The translations under genes and the position numbers were made by a program. Shown one piece after another: positions 33,594 to 39,520 of a stretch of DNA of 39,520 bases. Position 1 is the first letter of the stretch. Every line of letters starts with the position of its first letter. Origin of the DNA: a virus; UHGV virus genome UHGV-0819691. One strand, 5' to 3'. The notes under the pieces were generated by a model, which saw nothing but the letters and a program-made list of their open reading frames with translations, did not search any database and was not told where the DNA came from.

Positions 33594-36500
33594 ATGGCTA
33601 AAAAGAGAACAGAAGCAGAAGTAACTTTCATAGCTAACGATGACGGATTGAAATCTACGTTAAAAGAAATCAGTGCTGAATTAACTAAAAATAGAGCAGA
33701 ATTAAAACTAGAACAAGCTCAATTGCAACAGACTGGTTCTGAATTAGACAAGTTAGGAAGTAAATTATCTTCTTTAGAAAAGCAGTATGAATTACAAAGT
33801 CAAAAAGTTGAAGTAACTAGTCAACGTTTAGCCAATGCCAAAAAATATTATGGAGAAAATTCCACCGAAGTTCAGAAACTTGAAAGAGAACTGATTAATC
33901 AACAAACAGCACAACAACGTTTGTCAAACGAAATTGATAAAACGAGTAATGCACTAGCTCAAGCAAAAGGCGAAATACAGACGTACGAGTCTACAATGCA
34001 ACAGTTGGACAGTGAACAGAAAAATGTTCAAGCTAGTGCTTCTCTGATTGAATCAGAATATAAAAAATGGCAAGCAACTGCTGGTCAATCAGCTTCTGAA
34101 TCCGAGAAATTAGCGAAAGCCCAAGAATTTGTTTCTCAACAATCTGAAAATGCGGAGAAAACGATAGATATCCTAAGACGACAGTTAGAAGCTACACAGT
34201 CTGAATTTGGCGCTACATCCACAGAAGCAATGCAGATGGAAGCGAAGCTTAATGATGCTGAACGTGAATTTGAAGAGTTAGGACAAGCTGCTAAAAATGT
34301 AGATACAACTAACTTGGACGATATCGGAAGCAAAATAGATATGAATAATTTAATGGAAGCTTCTGACGTTTTAAGCGACATTGGCGATAAGCTTACAGAA
34401 TTAGGGAAACAAGCAGTGGACTCAGCTAACAGTGTAGGTAGTTCCCAGAGTAAGATACAAGCTAATTTTGGTTTGACTAAACAAGAGGCTGAAGAATTAA
34501 CGAATGTAGCCAGAGACATTTATTATAAAGGTTTTGGAGAATCGTTAGATCAGTCCACAGATGCATTGATTTTGGTAAAGCGTAATTTAGGCGATTTAAA
34601 TAATCAAGATTTACAAAATATCACGGAACAAGCTATGGTCCTAGAAAACACCATGGGCGCTGATATGGATGAAACGTTACGTGGTGTAAATGGCTTAATG
34701 GTCAATTTCGGCTTGAGTGCTCAAGATGCAATGGATTTAATGGTTTCGGGTACTCAAAACGGTTTAGATAAAACGCACGAATTAGGCGACAATATGGCAG
34801 AATATAGCCAATTATGGAGTCAAATGGGATATTCAGCTGATGAAACGTTCGGAATGCTTCAAAATGGTTTAGATGCGGGTGCTTATAACCTTGATAAAGT
34901 CAATGACTTAGTTAAGGAAATGGGAATATCGTTAACAGATGGTCGATTTGAGCAAAACATGGATATGTTTAGTGAAAGTACTAGAAAAGCTTTTGAAGAG
35001 TGGAAAAATGGCGGAGGAACACAAAAAGACGTTATTAATTCCATGATTCAAGATTTTAGCAATATGGATGGTCAATACGACCAATTAAATAAAGCTTCGA
35101 CAATTTGGTCTGCGCTTGGCGAAGATAATGCGATGAAAGTTGTCCAATCTTTAACTGATGTTAACCATACATTTGATGATGTTAGTGGATCTGCACAAAA
35201 AATGAATGAAGATTCTACTACTCCGTTGCAAGAGTTGAACGGGAAAATAGCTGAATTAAAGGATTCATTAGCTCCTATAGGCAACACAATCATAGATGCA
35301 CTCGAACCAGTAATTGATTTTCTAGGAAAGATGGCTGATGCGTTTAATAATCTTCCACAACCAGTACAGGATTATGCCGTAGCAATTGGCGGATTGACTG
35401 CTGCATTTACTTTATTAATGCCAATAATAGTTGGCTTCATGGCTCTAGGTGGTCCTACTACATTAATAATAGGAGCAGTTATTACTGCTATTGCTGGAGT
35501 TATAGCAATTATAAAAAACTGGGGTGCAATTACTGACTGGTTTAAGGGAATATGGAGTAAATTCACTGATTGGTTGGGTGGTACTTTGGAAAGTATAAAA
35601 GAAGGTGCCTCATCAGTTTGGGATGGAGTCAAAGAAACCTGGTCTGGATTTGTAGATTGGGTTCAAGAAATTTGGCAAGGAGTTTCTGATTGGTTTGGAG
35701 AGTTATGGAGCGGATTAGTTGAAGGAGCTTCCAACATCTGGCAAGGAGTCCAAGAGACTTGGCAAGCATTCGTTGATTGGGTTTCAAATATTTGGAACGG
35801 AGTCAAAGAAGTATGGTCGATTATTTGGGCAGACATTGTAGGAATTGTTCAAATACCATGGACATTAATAACGTCATTGATTCAAGCTGGTATTAATATT
35901 ATCGTGGGTATTTTTGATGTAGCTGGACAGTTATTAGGCACAGCTTGGCAAGCTGTTTGGACACCTATTTCTGATTTCCTTAAAAATATTTGGGATACTA
36001 TGACACAATGGGTAAGCATCGCCTGGAATGGAATTGTAACTACATTCCATACTATATTTGATCCAATTGTGGCATGGTGGAACGGTATATGGACATCCAT
36101 TAGTACTACGGCTTCAAATATTTGGAATTCAATTAGTGCAACAGCTTCTAGTATTTGGAACAGTATCAAGAATACAATCACTAGCTTGGTACAAGCAGCT
36201 GCTACAGTAATTCAAAATATTTGGTCAACTGTATCTAGTTGGTTAGGTGGAATTTGGAATTCAATCAGCTCTACAGCATCAAATATCTGGAATAGTGTGA
36301 CAAGCAGTATAAGCAATGCTATAAATGCAGCTAAAAGTGCCATTCAAAGTGTTTGGAATAGCATATCTTCGTGGATTAGTGGAATTTGGAACGGTATCAA
36401 AAACACTGCTTTAAACCTTTGGAATGGAATTACAAGCACTATTAGCTCTAAAGTAAACGACGGAAAAAATGCAATTTCAAGCGGTTGGTCCAATCTAACA

Positions 36501-37013
36501 AGTATTGTTTCCGGCATATTCAATAATGTTAAAAGTACAATTGCTAACATTTGGGAAGGTATCAAAAAGACTGTTAGCGCTCCAATTGATTGGATTAGAG
36601 ATAAAATCAGCAGCCTTTTTGATAATTTGAATATTTCGATACCACATATTCCGTTACCACATTTTAAATTGAGTGGGGAATTCAATCCATTGAAGGGAAA
36701 AATCCCAACGTTGGGTGTTGATTGGTATGCGAAAGGTAGTGTGTTTAATTCTCCGAATATTATCGGTGTCGGTGAAGCAGGGCCTGAAGCAGTTTTACCT
36801 TTGAAAAGATCTGTGCTGCAAGAAATTGGTGATCGTATCTTGAGTAGCACCTCAGTTTCATCTAGGGCACAAACGGTTCAACCTGTGAACAATTACGAAT
36901 TCAATTTCACAATTGATGGTAACGCAGATGAAGTTACTATGAAGCAAACAACTCAACAAATCATTGATAACATTACAAAAGTTCAAAATGATAATGCTTC
37001 GGCATGGCGTTAA
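33594..37013 (+). CDS. Tail tape measure protein (1139 aa)
   Basis: N-terminal long coiled coil, central TM-like segment, then a long Trp-rich ~11-residue tandem repeat region (xxIWNxISxxAS...). Confidence 0.85.
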   Translation: MAKKRTEAEVTFIANDDGLKSTLKEISAELTKNRAELKLEQAQLQQTGSELDKLGSKLSSLEKQYELQSQKVEVTSQRLANAKKYYGENSTEVQKLERELINQQTAQQRLSNEIDKTSNALAQAKGEIQTYESTMQQLDSEQKNVQASASLIESEYKKWQATAGQSASESEKLAKAQEFVSQQSENAEKTIDILRRQLEATQSEFGATSTEAMQMEAKLNDAEREFEELGQAAKNVDTTNLDDIGSKIDMNNLMEASDVLSDIGDKLTELGKQAVDSANSVGSSQSKIQANFGLTKQEAEELTNVARDIYYKGFGESLDQSTDALILVKRNLGDLNNQDLQNITEQAMVLENTMGADMDETLRGVNGLMVNFGLSAQDAMDLMVSGTQNGLDKTHELGDNMAEYSQLWSQMGYSADETFGMLQNGLDAGAYNLDKVNDLVKEMGISLTDGRFEQNMDMFSESTRKAFEEWKNGGGTQKDVINSMIQDFSNMDGQYDQLNKASTIWSALGEDNAMKVVQSLTDVNHTFDDVSGSAQKMNEDSTTPLQELNGKIAELKDSLAPIGNTIIDALEPVIDFLGKMADAFNNLPQPVQDYAVAIGGLTAAFTLLMPIIVGFMALGGPTTLIIGAVITAIAGVIAIIKNWGAITDWFKGIWSKFTDWLGGTLESIKEGASSVWDGVKETWSGFVDWVQEIWQGVSDWFGELWSGLVEGASNIWQGVQETWQAFVDWVSNIWNGVKEVWSIIWADIVGIVQIPWTLITSLIQAGINIIVGIFDVAGQLLGTAWQAVWTPISDFLKNIWDTMTQWVSIAWNGIVTTFHTIFDPIVAWWNGIWTSISTTASNIWNSISATASSIWNSIKNTITSLVQAAATVIQNIWSTVSSWLGGIWNSISSTASNIWNSVTSSISNAINAAKSAIQSVWNSISSWISGIWNGIKNTALNLWNGITSTISSKVNDGKNAISSGWSNLTSIVSGIFNNVKSTIANIWEGIKKTVSAPIDWIRDKISSLFDNLNISIPHIPLPHFKLSGEFNPLKGKIPTLGVDWYAKGSVFNSPNIIGVGEAGPEAVLPLKRSVLQEIGDRILSSTSVSSRAQTVQPVNNYEFNFTIDGNADEVTMKQTTQQIIDNITKVQNDNASAWR

Positions 37014-37031
37014 ACAGGAGAGTATTTCTCC
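37004..37031 (+). terminator. Rho-independent terminator between the tape measure and Dit genes
   Basis: ACAGGAG-agtattt-CTCCTGT followed by T7. Confidence 0.6.
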
Positions 37032-37063
37032 TGTTTTTTTAGTATTAAAAAGGATGTGAAAAA

Positions 37064-37801
37064 ATGACTGATTGTATACATTCTATAATCGATGGATTTC
37101 CTGATTATTTGCATAAATTGGCTTTAGCTGAAAGACCAACCATACCTTCTCCAAAAAGACAGAGAGTTGAAACTTCTGTTTTAGGAAGGTTAGGTGGCTT
37201 AGTGCAAGATTACTCGTTTGAAGACATGTCGTTTACATTGCACTATAACTATTTAGAGGATGTGGAAGACCATCAAGCGTTCAAGCAATCGTTTTATATC
37301 ATGCGTCATTGGTTAAACTATGCAAAGAAATTAGAATTCTCTGATGATCCCAATGTCTATTATGTTATCCAGACTATCGATATTGGGGATGCAGAAAACG
37401 ATATCGTTGAATGGGGAGAGTTCGATGTAAACATTACTGCGAAACCATTCGCAAGAGTTCAAGAAGATGTGCCTATAACTGTAGATAAACCACGATCATT
37501 TAGCTTGCTGAATAATAGTTTAGAAGAAAGTTTTCCAAAGATTATCATCACTCCTTCAGCTACTTCATGCCAGTTCATCTTAAATGATTATGTGTTTAGT
37601 TTCGAAGGCTTAGTAGTAGGAACTGACGTAGTCATTGATAGTGATTTAATGCTTTGCTACGAAGAGCAATTGGACGGAGATATTTTAGATCGGTCCAATA
37701 AAATGAAGACCATGCAATATCCGACATTGCAAGTGGATATTAATCATTTTAATTGTACTGGTTTGAGCAAAATACAAATTTATCGTAACGGGTTAAGGTA
37801 G
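37064..37801 (+). CDS. Distal tail protein (Dit)
   Basis: 245 aa directly after the tape measure. Siphovirus Dit size and position. Confidence 0.6.
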   Translation: MTDCIHSIIDGFPDYLHKLALAERPTIPSPKRQRVETSVLGRLGGLVQDYSFEDMSFTLHYNYLEDVEDHQAFKQSFYIMRHWLNYAKKLEFSDDPNVYYVIQTIDIGDAENDIVEWGEFDVNITAKPFARVQEDVPITVDKPRSFSLLNNSLEESFPKIIITPSATSCQFILNDYVFSFEGLVVGTDVVIDSDLMLCYEEQLDGDILDRSNKMKTMQYPTLQVDINHFNCTGLSKIQIYRNGLR

Positions 37802-37810
37802 GTGAAATAG

Positions 37811-39520
37811 ATGATCGATAATTTAATAACTATTTACGATAAAAATGACGCGAATAATTTAGCTGAACATTTATATGATACGCAAGGTTTAGGTGCTTTA
37901 TCAGACTGGTTAACAGCTACTGTTAGCAATAAACTAAACGGAGCCGAGATATTTCAGGGTACTTATCCAATAAGCGGAACTAATGCAGATTTGATTGTAG
38001 AAGGACGTATAATTCAGTGTTATGTAGATGAAAATCGAGCAAAACAACGTCTACGGATCTATTATGCAAAGACTTCTGTAATAGGAAATACGATAGAAGT
38101 AAAAGCTGAACCTATTTTCAATGATATAAGAAAATCGGTGTTGAATAAATATGACAGCGGAACAGAAAAAATCACTGCTACTCAGGCATGGCAAAATGCA
38201 AAAGTTTTAGCAAAACCAGCTATTCCTTCGCAGTTTTCTTTCTCATCGTTAGTAGATACGCTTGCTAATGTGAAGATAGAAAAAGCGAATTTTTTAGAAT
38301 TCTTTGGTGGAAAAGAGGGATCTATTCTAGATCGATTTCATGGTGAATTTCTAAAAGATAATAACACATTACGTCATGAAAAAAGTCTAGGTACGGATCA
38401 TAAAATCAAAGCGATTTATACTAAAAACTTAACTGGTATTGACTTAGAGATAGATGCTCAAAGTGTTTTAGTTGGAGTTTATCCATTCATTAGCAGCTCT
38501 TCAGAAGGAGAAGACGAGATCACTCTACCAGAAGAAGTTATTTTCACGGATTACGTGGATGATTATCCTGCTGGATATGTTTCTTTTGTTGATTTTAAAG
38601 ACAAAGCGACTGATGTAGCCACATTAAGGGAAGCTGCTAAAGACTGGTTGAAAACAAACATAGATAAACAAAAACCACAAGTGAGTGGTTCGATTGAATT
38701 AGTACCATTGAGGCATCAAAGAGGCTATGAAAAATTTGTTGATCTAGAAAAAGTTTCGATGGGCGACGGAGTAGATGTGTATCATCCACAGTTAAAAGTG
38801 AATATGTCAGCGAGAATCGTGGAATATACGTTTAATGTTTTAACTAATTCATACGATAAATTAGTTGTAGGAAACGTCAAAACAAACTTCTTAGAAAATA
38901 CAGAGAATAATGTAAGCAATTTGATTAATGATGCCATTGATCAATTGAAAAATGGTGGCGAAATCAGTGATTTAATCAATGATATTGTAGATCATCAAAC
39001 TGATATAATTACTGGCCAAGATGGTGGGTATGTTTTATTAGATCCTAAAGAAGCACCTAGTCGTATTTTGATTATGGACACGCCAGATAAGAATACTGCA
39101 CGGAACGTTTTACAAATCAACAACGCTGGTATTGGTTTCTCTAAAACTGGCATTAATGGAACGTATGACACCGCATGGACGTTAGATGGCGGATTCAATG
39201 CCTCGTTTATTACAGCTGGTGAGATAGTAGGGATTACTATTAGAGGTACTACATTAATTAGTGATGGCACTGATTATAGAACAAGTATTGCTAATGGCAA
39301 AATGACTTGGTATTCAAAAAAAGTTAACAAAGATATTATGGAGCTAGAAGCACGTGATTATGTAAGTGCTGATGCCGGTATTGTATCATACACCATGAAA
39401 ACTGGTGGTGGTTTCATGATTAGAAATCCACAAGGTAACTTGGTTTTTAGTACGTGGGATAATGGCAATAACAGACCGTTTTTATCTTTTGGTGCGCCCA
39501 ATTTCAGGTATAGCAACGCT
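37811..39520 (+). CDS. Tail-associated lysin / prophage tail endopeptidase (Tal), N-terminal ~570 aa, runs off the right edge
   Basis: RBS AGGTGAAATAG before ATG 37811. No stop in the window. N-terminal region resembles the phage minor structural protein / tail endopeptidase family. Confidence 0.6.
   Translation, partial: MIDNLITIYDKNDANNLAEHLYDTQGLGALSDWLTATVSNKLNGAEIFQGTYPISGTNADLIVEGRIIQCYVDENRAKQRLRIYYAKTSVIGNTIEVKAEPIFNDIRKSVLNKYDSGTEKITATQAWQNAKVLAKPAIPSQFSFSSLVDTLANVKIEKANFLEFFGGKEGSILDRFHGEFLKDNNTLRHEKSLGTDHKIKAIYTKNLTGIDLEIDAQSVLVGVYPFISSSSEGEDEITLPEEVIFTDYVDDYPAGYVSFVDFKDKATDVATLREAAKDWLKTNIDKQKPQVSGSIELVPLRHQRGYEKFVDLEKVSMGDGVDVYHPQLKVNMSARIVEYTFNVLTNSYDKLVVGNVKTNFLENTENNVSNLINDAIDQLKNGGEISDLINDIVDHQTDIITGQDGGYVLLDPKEAPSRILIMDTPDKNTARNVLQINNAGIGFSKTGINGTYDTAWTLDGGFNASFITAGEIVGITIRGTTLISDGTDYRTSIANGKMTWYSKKVNKDIMELEARDYVSADAGIVSYTMKTGGGFMIRNPQGNLVFSTWDNGNNRPFLSFGAPNFRYSNA

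Noticed and set aside
26277-36850. Minus-strand ORFs inside terL, portal, capsid and tape-measure genes (e.g. 26277-26552, 27610-27840, 27988-28239, 29440-29646, 34136-34519, 35072-35293, 35372-35632, 35882-36181, 36344-36850)
   Set aside because: Antisense frames within long, well-supported structural genes. The tape-measure repeats in particular create long spurious reverse frames.
1-39520. CRISPR arrays, IS/transposase genes, rRNA
   Set aside because: No regularly spaced direct repeats with unique spacers. No transposase-like ORF or terminal inverted repeats were recognised. No rRNA-like segments.

Overview
The window is temperate siphovirus-type prophage DNA from a low-GC Gram-positive host; almost all coding is on the + strand. 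In map order it holds four blocks. Positions 1-5766 are the late end of a prophage: a partial tail protein, a tail fibre, a holin-like gene, a membrane-protein moron and a secreted amidase endolysin. Positions 5800-7470 are an AT-rich two-gene moron. Positions 7470-9250 are a junction with a tRNA (anticodon CAT), two related hairpin elements, a start-less ORF remnant and TTGCCACC repeats. From 9249 to the window end runs a prophage left arm: integrase, an Ltp-like superinfection-exclusion protein, a PD-(D/E)xK nuclease, an ImmA/ImmR switch, a Cro-like gene, YqaJ/RecT, a DnaD-like replisome organizer with internal iterons, DUF1064, MazG, YopX, a small DNA methyltransferase, ArpU, HNH, TerS/TerL, portal, ClpP-like protease, major capsid, head-tail connectors, major tail, G/GT chaperones with an A_AAA_AAG slippery site, tape measure, Dit and a Tal partial. 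The tail-end genes before a tRNA and an integrase after it fit either two tandem prophages or one circularly permuted phage genome. Most novel-looking: (1) the major capsid and major tail proteins share an identical C-terminal poly-Thr-QA tag, and a DxD-motif glycosyltransferase-like gene sits directly after the capsid gene, suggesting a virion glycosylation module. (2) A RexAB-like architecture: a 312-aa cytoplasmic protein plus a 148-aa four-TM protein, between lysin and junction. (3) A GT-C-like polytopic membrane protein with its own promoter inside the lysis cassette. (4) Two covarying hairpin elements with a conserved TCCCCAAAA loop flanking the tRNA. (5) A 400-nt GC-richer ORF-free island with a perfect tRNA T-arm motif upstream of the HNH/terminase genes. 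All functional calls rest on motif and architecture recognition by eye; no database search was possible.
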